A DNA stretch of 63,241 nt, counting the filler, from Chiloscyllium plagiosum (Eukaryota), in NCBI RefSeq assembly GCF_004010195.1. It is 4 parts of one record of this genome, joined end to end, with 100 filler letters (N's around TTAATTAATTAA, not from the genome) between each part and the next. Parts side by side here need not be neighbours in the genome. Positions count along the whole stretch, not along the records: positions 1 to 22,585 come from NC_057710.1; 3 more parts are not named here. One strand, 5' to 3'. Under the pieces are notes generated by a model that was given only the letters and a program-made list of their open reading frames with translations, was not told the DNA's origin and made no database searches. Below, piece after piece: positions 1-12,478 of this stretch (its first letter is position 1; the number at the start of each line of letters is the position of its first letter). The position numbers were made by a program, and so were the translations under genes.

Positions 1-257
1 GGTGTTGCAGGGAATACATGAGTGTCAGGTCAGCATCTCAGGGGAAGATGTAGTTCAAGGGATATGTAATTCGGTGTGTGTGAAGTAGAATGGAATAGTT
101 GAATAGTTATTCTGAAGTTGGACCATGTTTCTCATAGTTACTTATTTAACTGCAAGTTCTCCAATTTAATTGGATTCTTTTGGTGGGTTCTTGGCATGAA
201 GGAATTGCCCAGAGGAATCTTCGGTTTCTCAACAATTCATAGAATCATATAATCCCT

Positions 258-541
258 ACTGCCTCACAGCGCCAGAGACCCGGGTTCAATTCCCGCCTCA
301 GGCGACTGACTGTGTGGAGTTTGCACATTCTCCCCGTGTCTGTGTGGGTTTCCTCTGGGTGCTCCGGTTTCCTCCCACAGCCCAAAGATGTGCAGGGTCA
401 GGTGAATTGGCCATGCTAAATTGCCCGTAGTGTTAGGTAAGGGGTAAATGTAGGGGTATGGGTGGATTTCGCTTCGGCGGGTCGGTGTGGACTTGTTGGG
501 CCGAAGGGCCTGTTTCCACACTGTAATGTAATCTAATCTAA
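258..541 (+). mobile_element. HE1-type V-SINE (5'-truncated)
   Basis: tRNA-like B box (gggttcaattcc), V-domain GTGGAGTTTGCACATTCTCCCCGTGTCT...CTCCGGTTTCCTCCCACAG, LINE-derived 3' end and (taatc)n tail. Confidence 0.9.
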
Positions 542-544
542 AGT

Positions 545-830
545 CTATGCTGACTCTCCAAGAACTAACTCACCCTGACCTAGCGTCTGTCCACATAACC
601 CTGCATTACCTATGGCTAATCCACCATTGCTTTCACATCCCTGAACACTACAGAGCAATTTAGCACGGCCAATCCACCTAACCTGCACATTTTCTGACTG
701 TAGGAAGAAACTGGAGCACCCAGCTAAAACCCACATAAACATAGGAAGAACACTCAAACTCCACATAGATAATTACCTAAGGTCCCTAGTTCTTTGAGGC
801 AGCAGTGTCAATCACAGAGCCAATCTGCTG
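545..830 (-). mobile_element. Older HE1/V-SINE copy
   Basis: Reverse complement of the V-domain (aaactggagcaccc...caaactccaca), diverged. Confidence 0.75.
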
Positions 831-1517
831 CCTCAATTCCTTCACAGCTTGGTATAATAGGGATCCCACAGGGTCCCAGCATGATTCACATCCACGCTAC
901 AATAACAACTGACAGGCCATCAGAAAATCCAGGCCCACGTCTCCACAGCATTAGTGTTGGCATCTGGATTAGAAATTCTCTGACATTGCCACAAAACTAC
1001 CACCACCCGCATTCACATCTCAAAGCCATGGAACTCCTAATCAGCCTCAATTTTCTCAACCCAAAAACCTTTAAAACAGAGCCTTTCTGAAACTTTACCA
1101 CAAATTATTGTTTACCTATCTTCTTATCACTTCAACTGTGATGGTTTCAAGTGCACTAATTTTGGACACAGATGGATGAGAATCACATTGTTTGAAGCAA
1201 AAGGAGCAAAAAAGGTTCAATTTTGAGCACCGTTGTCTCATGCTCCAAAGTTACCTGAAGTTATTTGACATAATTTGGTTTAATTGATATTCTGCTGCCT
1301 GAACCAAGCTTTCAGCTCCTGTGCAATGCTAATGAGGGGTCACCACCTGTTTGTATACCACTCTCAGAAATTGGTCAGGCCAAAGGTTTTTCCTGTCCTT
1401 GTTGCAGTCTGATTAATGTATTTACATCTAGGATGAGAATTTTTTAAGAAGTACTTTTGGCTGCACAGCACGCCTGAGAGTTGCTCCAACCTGCTATTGT
1501 ATTTTCATAAATGGATC

Positions 1518-1715
1518 ATTGTACTTTTACTCTATGTAAATGGTGACTGTATCTTTATGTATATAGTACTGATGTGAATGTTCAATTGTACCTATACTCT
1601 ATGTAGCTGTTTAATTGAATCTTTATATAAATGGTTAACTGTACTTTTACTCTATGCAGTATACTGTGCTATACCTTTATATAAATTATTAACTGTTCCT
1701 TTACTCAGTACAGTA
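1518..1715. repeat. Degenerate AT-rich tandem repeat
   Basis: Recurrent tgtacttttactctatg / tgtacctatactctatg / ctttatataaatggttaactgt motifs. Confidence 0.55.
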
Positions 1716-2392
1716 TCGACTAAGTATTTGGTAAAGAGGTACATCATGATAATGTCAGATCAAGATGACCTGGGATCTGAATATGTAGGGTCTCAAACAC
1801 GATCTCTCTTACTCTATCAACTGAACAATATTATGACTAATAAAATCTGTTAATGTTCATTTACAGAGTGCATCCTGATCTTACTATATTCCCTTATCAT
1901 TCTTCCCTCATCTCTTCCAGGATTTACCTAAAGGCAACTAACTGTTCCGTAGCTGGCTCAAATTCATGGGCAGTCAATCAAAAACCAACATTTTGCTTCC
2001 TTGTTGTTCCAATTTTTATTCAGACTTGACTCTGTGAGTGTAGTGCTTTATAAACAGGATTGTAATCTTTACACTGTAATGATTTTGATCTCTGGTGTAT
2101 TAATTATAAATGGGCTTTACTGTGCCCTGGCACCAGGGAATGCACCTGGAACAGTCTCACCAAGCTCACTGGCCGATAACTATGGCAGATTTTTCTGATT
2201 GTTTGTTTGACTGAAAGGAATTAATGAAGTAGAAATGCCTAATGCATTTTTAATCAAAGAAAGTATGCATTTCTTAGAACTCTAGAAAAGTCACAGCAGT
2301 TTTGAGTTTGAGTAAGAATATTTTCCTTGGCTTTTTCGAAGATGATAAATAAACAATGAAGTTCAGCACAAGCATCAAGAAGGTTTGACATT

Positions 2393-2612
2393 GAAAACAA
2401 ATACAGAGAATGCTAGAGGAACTCAGCAGGTCTGGCAGCATCTGTGGAGAGAGAAACTGAGTTCACATTTCGAGTCCTGTGTAAGCCTTATTCTGACTTG
2501 AAGCATTAACTCTGCCCCTTTCTCCACAAGTACTGCTAGACCTGCTGAGTTTCTCAAACATTCTCCCTGTTTGTTTTGGAATTCCAGCATCTGCAAAATT
2601 TTGCTTTTATTA
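2393..2612. mobile_element. Old fold-back Penelope-derived element
   Basis: Inverted arms gagaatgct..aactcagcaggtctggcagcatctgtggagag / ctccacaagtactgctagacctgctgagtttctcaaacattctc, with a one-sided tail (ccagcatctgca). Confidence 0.65.
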
Positions 2613-3775
2613 GACATGGAAAATGCCCGTGTTTACAGCAGTATTTGTTTAGACAATTGCCCATATTTTAAAATGAACATTCAACAGCTCAGTTTGTAAA
2701 TGCATGTTTGATTTGGATCTCATCTGTCCAATCATCCCTAACTGACAATTAAAACAGTTCATCAAAAATTGGCAGTAACTTAAGAAACACATCAGAAAAA
2801 TGTCTCAGCTGTTCAGGCATTGCATTCCACTGAACAGGTAAACATGAAAGTTTGATCATGTAAATTTCTCGTCTTGGACTCACAGGTTACTGAACAAGTG
2901 CACTGAGCTCATAAGTGATTTCAAAGTAGTTTATGATGAAGCAATAGTTTAATATGACGCAGAAGTTAATGAGACAGAAAATGCATATAACCAGTGAAGG
3001 CTCAAATACTTTACTTGTCCCGGTGGATAGATGTTTGGGAGAGAGTGAGTGTTGATGCCGCTAATGGTGATAGTTTGATCCTCTAGCAGAAGTGTTAGGA
3101 AGTTCTTCATCCCCTGTCAAAGGCCAAGAACAGCAAGAACCACTTCAAAAGATTATTCTCTGTTTGAACTTTTCCCTCTTGAGAGTCTGTACTATCAGTC
3201 TTTTTCTCCAAAAGTTGCTCTGAGTGTGAGTCATAAGATTCAACTTTATCAGGAATATCTGTACTTGAGACATATTGCCCTAGATAATAGCTGGTCCGGG
3301 ATTTTTCACCAGCAAGCTGCTGTGGATGCTTGCCTCACAAGACTGATATTCAATGCATTTCTTAATATCTAATAAGGTCATTTAACAGTGGTCCTCACAA
3401 TCTGACCAAACACTTAATTAATTCTTCATTTATTCTGTCTACTACAACATCAAGATGGTTCCAGGCTCATTTTTGATCTGCGTTAACTTATCTAATCTTA
3501 ACCAATGCACAGTTATCAAGCAATACAATTAAACTCAGCACCCTTGAGCTAAGGAAAGATAAATAAAAGCTCTCTCACCTTACCAATTACATCAGTATAG
3601 GAATATTATTTTCACTCATTTGACAGTCAGTCAGTACTCACTGTATAGCCTCATAGCAGAAGGAAAACAAACTGTTAAAGAGTAAATAGCCAGCAAATAT
3701 TATGAAAAACAATTCCTAATAGAAACACAGATCAGGGCCCTAACAACTAATAACACACACAAACAACTACCAAAA

Positions 3776-3862
3776 CAAACACAGAGAAAATTGGAGAAAC
3801 TCAGCATTTGTTGGAGTGCACAGAGCTAACGTTTCAAGTCAGGTCTGACCCTTCTTCAGAAC
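3776..3862 (-). mobile_element. Penelope-derived terminal fragment with hammerhead motif
   Basis: Minus strand 3828-3859 reads CUGAAGA-A-GGGUCAG-AC-CUGACUU-GAAA-CG-UU, flanked by a short helix I (guu/agc). Confidence 0.65.
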
Positions 3863-4529
3863 CTACTATTCAGAACTTCAGTATACTCTTTTTCAGAATT
3901 AAGTGATGTATGAAACAAACACCGAAAGCAGTCATATGTCCCCATACTGTGACCAAAAGAACGAATCAGCAGATATAAGCACAGTACCTAGTTATATAAA
4001 CACACTGATCTGCTTTCTATGAACTAACTAACAAGTGCAGTTTCATAGTTGTCAAACTGAGAACTTGCACAAGAGCTCTGAAGATCGGGTCTCATGACAT
4101 AACAAGCAAGCAGTGTAGTTTCATAGCATTTGTGGGCAGGAGTAATTTCACCTGCAACTGTAGAGGTAACAGTTTTTTAAAACAATCACTGCCTGAAACT
4201 ACAAGAGAACTACAAGAGTGAGTAAAGTGAGGGCATTTTAATTTTTAACGTTTAACTGTGACCTGTCTCTAGATTGACTTTAAATATTAGGAATTGGTAT
4301 TAAGTTAACCCAGAGCTAATAAATTACAAGCTGCAACACACTTCCATCCACATGCCATGCTTGAATTAGCCAAAGTTACGATGGAGTCTGAGACCTACAT
4401 CTTCTTAGGTTAGATATTATGAAACAATGATGATAGCATGAGCATGTCTCATAAACGCATAATACTTACTAACTATGAGACATAACTAACTACTGGGTCA
4501 GTATTAATCACCCAGTCTTTTTTATTGCT

Positions 4530-4880
4530 GGTGATGTAGAAAATCAAGAGAGCAGTGGAGATATTTCCCATTGCTTGGCTGAGCAAAATTTCTACTATAC
4601 TCTAGAAGCTTGATATCCTCAGAAGAAAGTGGTTCAATTGACGAACTGTACATTCAGGGATCTTAAACGTTCACTTCCTCCACATTTGTGCACAGTGGCA
4701 ACAATGTGTACCACCCAGAATTTGCATTGTGGCAACTTACCAATGTGTACCTTCAACAGCACTTTCCAAACCTGACCTCTACCAGCTAGAAGGCCAAGGA
4801 CAGGAGATGCATGAGAATACCAGGGAATACCACCACCTGTAAGTTTCCCCGAAAGGCACACATTATCCTGACTCTAAACT
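4530..4880 (+). mobile_element. Non-LTR retrotransposon RT C-terminal fragment (second LINE family, clade unassigned)
   Basis: Shares cagcac..ccaaacc..acctctacc..tagaagg.caagg.caggagatgcatg.gaa.accaccacctg.aagtt with copies at about 21440, 24335 and 53130. Confidence 0.6.
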
Positions 4881-5319
4881 GTGTCAACAGTAATATCAGT
4901 AGTCACATGCTAGAGTCTGTAAAAAGAGAAGGAATGGTGTATTATCCCAGGGAAATGTACTACCTTACAGTATGGTACATTTTACATTATAATACATTGA
5001 ATTATAATCACTCTCTGTATGGGGAAACAGTACCTGGCTATATTCATCAGGCTGCTGAAGAGATATCTAAATAAGCCCCTAAAATAGAACCAAGCCACAA
5101 ACCATGGTATCACCATTCTACAATAATTTGATGATGTTGATGGAATCGATGCGGTGAGATGATCCACAAAGGAAGAATTACTTGGTTAGTATAATATGGA
5201 AAATGAGCAGTGATGTCAGCACCAGTTGAGCAGTCACAGCCCTTTGGAGGGCTCCAATTAGTGAATTACATCCACCCAACATTGACAGTTGTGAAAATGG
5301 CAATCTCAAGAGTTATAAT

Positions 5320-5690
5320 ACCATAAGATATAGGAGCAGAAATTAGGCCATTCAGCCCATCAAGTCTACTTTGCCATTCAATTGTGACTGATACATTTCT
5401 CAACCCCATTCTCCCACTTGATCCCCTTGATACTCAGAACCTATCTACCTCGGTCTTAAATATACTCAGTGACCTGGTCTCCACAGCCTTCTGTGGTTGT
5501 GAATTCCATAGATTGACCACTCTCTGGCTGAAGAAGTTTCTCCTTTTCACCACTCTAAAAGGTTTTTCTTTTACTTGCCTGGTCAGACCACATTTGGTGT
5601 ATTGTGCGCAGTTTTGGGCCCCATATCTCAGGAATGATGTACTGGCCCTGGAGTATGTTCAGAGGAGATTCAGGAGATAGGTCCCAGAAA
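5320..5690. mobile_element. CR1 LINE fragments (minus-strand 3' end plus plus-strand RT fragment)
   Basis: ccataagatataggagcagaa 3' end; [31 protein letters not shown] motif. Confidence 0.75.
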
Positions 5691-8597
5691 TGAAAAAAGC
5701 TCATAAACATCAACGGGTTTGCATGCCAAAGAGCAGAGGTATCAGCTTGGTACATTCCTGTCAGCAGTGGTGTTCATATTGTAGGCAATATCCTTGTGAG
5801 GTAAGTGGTTGCAGAGATCGCTACAAAATTTGAAGGCATCCTAAAAACTTTCAATGCATACTTCAGCCCAAACCAAAAATGATTAAGTGAGCATGATCCA
5901 ATCAGGACCAAAGCTTAAGGGAATCCAGGAAATTGATCCTTATAGACTTATATAGATTGTCTAGTTGTGGCGGACAAAATGCATTGAAAGACAAGTTTGG
6001 AGTGTATGTGATGAAAAGCTATCAGATATTTCAATTGACAAAAGAAGACTTAACATTCAAGCAAGAGATTCAATATGTTAGGCAGGCCAAACAAAGTGCA
6101 TAATCAGACTACAAGCCATGCAAGTAGCCAGCTCTTAGACGAGTCTGTTCGACGGATATATCCAAAAGTAACACACCTGCCGCTCACAAGCTCTCAAGAA
6201 CAGGGCAAAGAATGGGAAATCCGCTATTTTGATCTGCTTATATTATGAAGCCATAAAGTAGAATGAGAAGCAAGATTGCTTTTAGGATAGCACAAGCATT
6301 TCCAATGCAGAAGGATAAACATGAAGACCAAGAATGATAAGCAAAAACATAAGCTTTGAAAATAGAAATAATTATGAAATTGCAAATAAAGTGATAGATG
6401 AGCACACAGATTTCTGAAGCAAAGTAAAGGATCGTAAATAAAAATTTCAGTTAGTTACTTTTGTTACAACCGACTTGGAAAAGTTCTTTGATTTTTGAGC
6501 ACAACTACCCCTAGGATTGTCATGTAAGATAATGATTTCATCAAAGTACTCAAAGTCCCCAATTAACAAGTTTGGAATTGAGTTAACAGAGATCATTGAT
6601 GAGTTTCCCATCCTTAACAGGAACTACTGATTATTACACTGCAGCAGCAATGGCAGCAGCATCAGGACGAGCCAGACATAGTTCCACCTGAGTCAGGGGC
6701 ATCCTGGTGAACAAGGAGCAGTCCCTGGACTTGACACCCCTGGCCCAGAATTACACAATGGGCCAAGGCTCCAGTTCTGCAGCTAGACTCGGGCACCTGA
6801 AGGAGCAGAAGCTTCAGTGAAAGGGGTGGACTGCATATTGGCGGCATCGTCTTGAGGAACGTTGGATGGAGAACAGGAGGCCTTTTCCCAGCCCAGCACC
6901 AAAGTGGCTTCCAGCAGCCTGGTGTGGCGGTCTCAGCCTGGCATGGCAGTTTTCGTTACTGGAGGCTTCTGGCCCAGCATGGCAGTCTTGGCCCTGCATG
7001 ATGGTCTTGGCACGGATTGGCAGTCTCATCCTGGCAGCATTTTAATGATATTCCACATTTCCTTAATCAGCTTTCCCAAAGTACAAGAACCGTTAACTGA
7101 ACTGAGATGAACTTTGTATTAATTTTACTTTTCATATTATTATGTAGGACATCTGTCATTAATGTAAGTGCCATGGTGTGGTGACTAGGAAAACATTTCA
7201 CTGTATTTTTCATGTACAGATATACATGACAATAATTTCTATTAAATTTGGAAATTCTAGTCAAAAATAAAGAACTATGAACCATCAACACACAGCTGTA
7301 CTAATTAAAACTCTTTTAAACCTCTGTGCACACATACAGGCAGACATTGTCAAAAACAATTGATGTTATGGGTGGAAGGGAAACGAAATGGAGTAACACA
7401 GTTCAGTAGCACCAGTCCACCGGGTTCAATGAGATGTTAGCTTTGCTTCTCAAGACCTTCTGTGTTTAAATCACCTTTCTATAGGTTTTTTCACTTCCTT
7501 ACAGGAGGTAAAGGGTGATTGGTAAAATAATTACAAAGTTTCTTATATATTTATTAAAAGCAATAGCTTACAGAAATTGATGGGAGAAAAAAGCTGCTTT
7601 TTTCAGTTTCTAGGTATTTTAACTTCAGAGAGGGAACCTCCTGTTCCAGCAGTCCAGAGTCTCCTCTTTCTCTGGTCCCTCAACTTCAAGCTCAACTTCC
7701 TGTGAGTTCATCAGAGATTTGTTGTCAGCCTGACAACCTCTAGGATCCATAGCTGGTCACAATTGCACAAACCCATCAGTTACATATTGCTGGCCAAATC
7801 ACATTTTGTGCACATCTTGCTGTGCTGTGCTATCCTACCTTACATCCTCTACTGCTGCAATGCAAAAATCTAAAAACAGCTCACAATGAGCTCCAGTAAC
7901 CTGTTTTTAAAAGCACAGCAATTCATTCCATAGTCTTTAGTTTTAAAAAGTCATTTTTTCAATCTAGCCCACAATCAGCAACTAAGGAAAAAGTATGTAT
8001 GCCAACATTATAGAAGTTAAAAAAAATTCAAAACAGAATTCAAACGTTACAATGGCATAGCTGTCACAATTCTGATCGACTGCTTGGAGTGACTGAATGC
8101 ATACATATCATCAAAAATAAAATTGCAAAGTTCAGGTGGCACAGATTTTCAATTAAAATGTTGGATCAACAACACATGGAGGTGGGAAATAAATAAGATT
8201 CTCCACAATTCACACTAGGAAGAACTTCTTTTAATGAATATATAAGTAACTAGGTCTTCTGGATGTAGTAGATAAAGTTCTACAGCACAACAGTGGGACA
8301 GATTGCCATGAAGAATTCCCTCAGCTCACGCAAATAGAGTCAGAGTCACAGAGATGTACAGCATGGCAAAAGGCACTTCAGTCCAGCTAATCCATGCTGA
8401 TCAGATATCCTGACCTAATCTAGTCCCACCTGCCAGCACTTGCCCATATCCCTCTAAACCCTTCCTAATCATATAGGAGGAGAAAGTGAGGTCTGCAGAT
8501 GCTGGAGATCAGAGCAGAAAATGTGTTGCTGGAAAAGCGCAGCAGGTCAGGCAGCATCCAGGGAACAGGAGAATCGACGTTTCGGGCTAAGCCCTTC

Positions 8598-8625
8598 CTG
8601 AAGAAGGGCTTATGCCCGAAACGTC
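8598..8625 (+). ncRNA. Minimal type I hammerhead ribozyme motif
   Basis: CUGAAGA-A-GGGC-UUAU-GCCC-GAAA-CG-UC: conserved core, 4-bp helix II, palindromic loopless helix III. Confidence 0.72.
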
Positions 8626-8631
8626 GATTCT

Positions 8632-8913
8632 GCACAGAAGCTCTTCAGCCACATTCTGAAGCAGGCTCGCTACCACAGCCATATCTCCTTCCTCAGCACC
8701 TGCCTACGGAACCGACTTATCCCGCACGGACTCCGGACTACGTTCCGACCAAGAAAACTTGGATCCAACCAGGACAACCAGTACCTACAACAAATCCGAA
8801 GCCTCCAGCAACAGACCTCCCTCCGGATCCTCCACTCCACGCTTGCAGCCATGCGCCGCTACCTACATTCCCTGCAACTCGACCTACCCCAGCTCAGGAC
8901 AACACTCTCACAT
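8632..8913 (+). pseudogene. Penelope-like element ORF N-terminal fragment
   Basis: Stop-free frame AQKLFSHILKQARYHSHISFLSTCLRNRLIPHGLRTTFRPRKLGSNQDNQYLQQIRSLQQQTSLRILHSTLAAMRRYLHSLQLDLPQLRTTLSH. The HxxFLxxCxxxxLIPxGL motif is typical of PLE ORF N-termini. Confidence 0.7.
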
Positions 8914-8915
8914 TC

Positions 8916-8943
8916 CTGAAGAAGGGCTTATGCCCGAAACGTC
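8916..8943 (+). ncRNA. Minimal type I hammerhead ribozyme motif
   Basis: Identical to 8598-8625: CUGAAGA-A-GGGC-UUAU-GCCC-GAAA-CG-UC. Confidence 0.72.
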
Positions 8944-9729
8944 GATTCTCCTGTTCCCTGGATGCTGCCTGACCTGCTGCGCTTTTCCAGCAACACATTT
9001 TCAGCTTCCTAATCATATATCCCAACCAGATGCTTTTTAAATGCTGCAGTTGTGCCAAATGCTCCACCACCTCCTCTGGCAGCTCATTCCATACAGGTAC
9101 CACCCTCTGCGTAAAAAATTGCCTCTTAGGTCCCTTTTATATCTTTCCCCTCTCACCCTAAACCTATGCCCTCTAGTTCTAGACCCCAGGGAAAAGACTT
9201 TGTCTATTTATCCTATCCATGCCCCTCATGATTTAATAAACCTCTATAAGGTCACCTCTCAACCTCCGATGCTCCAAGGAAAACAGCCCCAGCTGATTCA
9301 GTCTCTGCCTATAGCTCAAACTCTCCAACCCCAGCAACATCCTTATAAATATTTTCTGAACCCTTTCAAGTTTCACAACATCCTTCCGGTAGGAAGGAGA
9401 CCAGAATTGCACGCAATATTCCAACAGTGGCCTAACCAGCTGCAACTTGACCTCCCAACTCCTGTACTCAATACTCTGATCAAATACCAAAGCAGACTTA
9501 TCTAAAGCTACAGTCGATCAAGCAGAAACTTCAGACTTAACTCTTATTTCAGAAGTGGAAGCCATTTCCGTCAGAACAAAAACTGTACAATTCTATGCTT
9601 GGTGTTCTTCATCCACAGCCCAATAGAAAATCATTAAAGTGTTGGTAATTAAGAACAATGACAGGGATTTAGCTTTGCTGAAGAAAAGGGTGACATGATA
9701 AAGCAATGCATTTTTCTGCCAGAACATGG

Positions 9730-10917
9730 AATACAAGGAGAACTAGCCATTTGGATATAAAATTGGCTCAAAGGTAGGATACAGCATGTGGTGTTGGAAG
9801 GGTGCTTTGCGGACTGGAGGTTTGTCGCAAGTTGCAAGGATTGGGACTGGGCCCATTGTTTTTTGTTTTTGTCACTTGTATAAATGATTTGGATGTGAAT
9901 ACAGGAGTTATGGTGAGTAAGTTTGAAGATGATACCAAAATTGATTATGCAGTGGACAGCCAAGAAGCTCATCTCAAAATACAACAGCATCTTGATCAGA
10001 TGGTCTGATGGGCTGAGGAGTGGCAGATGGAGTTTAATCTAGCTAAATGTAAGATGCTGCATTTTGGAAAGGCAAGTCAGGGCAGGACTTATACATTTAA
10101 TGGTAAGGTTCTGGGGACTGTTGCCACACAAAGGGGCTTGGAGTGGAGGTTCATAATTCCTTGAAAGTGCGATCACAGGTAGACAGGGTAATGAAGAAAG
10201 AGTTTGGTATGCTTTCCTTTATTGGTAAGAGCATTAAGTACAGGAGTTGGGCGGTCATGTTGCAGCTGTACAGAAAATTGGTTCGGCCTCTTTTGGAATA
10301 CTGTGTACAATTCTGGTCTCCCTGCCATAGGAAAGATGGTGTTAAACTTGAAAGGGTTCAGAAAAGATTGGAGTGTTTGAGCTACAGGGAAAGGTTGAAT
10401 TGGCTGGGACTATTTTCCCTGGAGCATTGGAGGCTGACGGGTGATCTAATAGAGGTTTATAAAATCATGAGGGGCATGGATAGGATGAACAGGATACTGA
10501 TTAAGGATGATCAACCATGAACATATTGAATGGTGGTGCAGGCTCGAAGGGCAGAATGGCCTACTCCTGCACCTATTGTCTATTGTCTATTGAATAGTCA
10601 AGGCCTTTTTTCTGGGTTAGGGGAATCTAAAACTGGAGGGCTTTGGTTTAAGGTGAGAGGGGAAAGATATAAAAGGGTACTAAGGGGCAACTATTTCACA
10701 CAGAGGGTGGTGGGTATGGAATGAGCTGCCAGAGGAAGTGGTGGAGGCTGGTACAATTACAACATTGAAAAGATATCTGGATGGGAAAATGAATAGGAAG
10801 AATTTAGAGGAGTATGGGCCAAATGCTGGTAAATGGGACTTGATTAATTTAGGATTTCTGATCAGCATGGACGAGTCAGACCAAAGGGTCTGTTTCCGTG
10901 CTGTAAGTCTCTATAAC
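9730..10917 (+). mobile_element. CR1/HER1 LINE RT and 3' end (nested second 3' tail at about 10490-10590)
   Basis: SKFEDDTKI, LVRPLLEYCVQFWSP and 3' end gggtctgtttccgtgctgta; internal (tattgtc)n tail from another CR1 family. Confidence 0.9.
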
Positions 10918-10956
10918 TGTGTGTCTATAATTACATATTGACTGAAGGTTAATGAC

Positions 10957-11130
10957 GCTGAAAATGTGTTGCTGGAAAAACGCAGCAGGTCAGGCAGCAT
11001 CCAAGGAGCAGGAGAATCGACGTTTCAGGCATGATTCTCCTGCTCCTTGGATGCTGCCTGACCTGCTGCGTTTTTCCAGCAACACATTTTCAGCTCTGAT
11101 CTCCAGCATCTGCAGTCCTCACTTTCCCCT
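10957..11130. mobile_element. Penelope-derived fold-back mini-element
   Basis: Perfect inverted arms of about 62 bp, a tail of about 37 nt on the right, and 14-bp TSD tgaaggttaatgac (10943-10956 / 11131-11144). Confidence 0.85.
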
Positions 11131-12478
11131 TGAAGGTTAATGACACAAATTCCAAAGTTGATTCAGAACTTAAGACCAAATATGACAGTAGATGACTATA
11201 GTTAAGTATAAAACAAGAAAAAGAAACTATATGAAAAACAAATGAACTGAAATACCTCCAATTATAGACTGAAAACTTCATCAACTTTAGTATCAATTAC
11301 CAGACAAAAAGCATGGATCAGAGATTGAAAATCTGAAAACAGTTCTTAGATAAACTGAATACCCACAATCAAAACCCATTCAAATTCCATTTGCAACGTT
11401 CAGCAGAAAAGGGAAAACTGCTAATATTTTATTTGAGCTACAAGGAAGGATAGAGGAAAAGGTTTGGATGGGATACTCATCGTAGGGTCGGTGTGGACTT
11501 GTTGGGCTGAAGGGCCTGTTTCCATGCTGAAGGGATTCAATTACCTTCTATGACCTGAACAAATGAGTTTGAATATCACAAGGTCTGTGATGATGACAGG
11601 AAGTCTACATTAATCACCTCACAGGATGCTGATCCAATCGGGAATTGGTGGGAATGTTAAAAGTTGGAGGAATTAGTTGAAGAAAATGGTTCATTAACAT
11701 TTTTATAACATTGAGATATATTTGAGGGGGAGATGTAGGGCAATGAGATAATATGTGATGATCAGCAGTTAGTCAGACTGAGACTGTGAAAAGGGAAGTA
11801 CCAGTTTGTTTCAGAGGGAGATGTACTATCTCACAGTATATAGTGTGTATCATATGGTTACTAAATGACTTGTGCAGAAACTTACCAGAGTCAGATTATA
11901 GTCACTCTTAACTAGAAGAAACCTTCCTAATATGTGCCAGACCAAAGGTCACAGGTATCCAATTGTATTCTAAAAGTGGAATCAAACCCCAAAATCATTC
12001 TCAAGAATGATTAGGGATGACTTTAAAAAAAAGTTCAGACTTTGTTTGTGGTATTCATTCCCCATGATAAATAAAAAACAAGACTGGAAAACTCTGAACC
12101 AAATCACTTACATGCTTGATAATTTAACATACTTTGTTTTGACAGAGCGGCGAGGAGAGAAGGTAGAATGAAGTGAGGGCTGCCAGGAAGGGTAAGTTTT
12201 CCTACTTAAAAAGGGACTTAGCTCAGGGGTCAAGCCTCCATTTTGACAGAGCGGCGAGGAGAGAAGGTGAGGTGAAGATAAGGGATTAATTTATATTTGG
12301 GCAGTGGCTAAACCCGAAATACTACACGTATAATAGTATCTCCCTCCCGCCCCCCCTCCTCTAACTGGAAGAAAAAGACTCTGTAAGGTAAGGCGTTTAT
12401 TTCTTCTTTATCTTTCTTTTTCATATATTTAAGTGCATTATTTGGTTTCAGTTCATTCGTATAAAGTTAAGGGTTACA

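Larger units (their letters stand above)
8476..9005. mobile_element. Penelope-like fold-back element with two tandem hammerhead motifs and an ORF fragment
   Basis: 14-bp TSD ttcctaatcatata (8462-8475 / 9006-9019). Inverted terminal arms. Hammerhead cores at 8598-8625 and 8916-8943. Confidence 0.85.
8336..9480 (-). mobile_element. CR1/HER1 LINE 3' fragment interrupted by a Penelope-like insertion
   Basis: LVRPLLEYCVQFWSPSYRKDVVKLERVQK...RLRGDLIEVY; 3' tail (gactct)n. Confidence 0.9.
4885..11950 (+). mobile_element. Highly decayed Ty3/Gypsy LTR retrotransposon carrying nested insertions
   Basis: Direct-repeat LTR candidates (4950-4973 gggaaatgtactaccttacagtat vs 11816-11839 gggagatgtactatctcacagtat, 21/24, plus flanking similarity). 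Polypurine tract gagggggaga|TGT at about 11724-11736. Gag-like peptides KFEGILKTFNAYFSP and QLTKEDLTFKQEIQYVRQA at about 5826-6090. Confidence 0.5.

Noticed and set aside
264..521. Recurrent ORFs such as GNLAWPIHL..EETGAPRGNPHRHGENVQTPH
   Set aside because: Antisense translation of the HE1 SINE.
8598..8943. Palindromic direct repeats as a CRISPR array or intrinsic terminators
   Set aside because: Eukaryotic context, only two copies, no cas genes; explained by PLE terminal repeats with hammerhead cores.
8499..8972. 157-aa proline-rich ORF as a host gene
   Set aside because: Alternative frame over the Penelope-like insertion; the PLE-like peptide is in a different frame (starting 8632).
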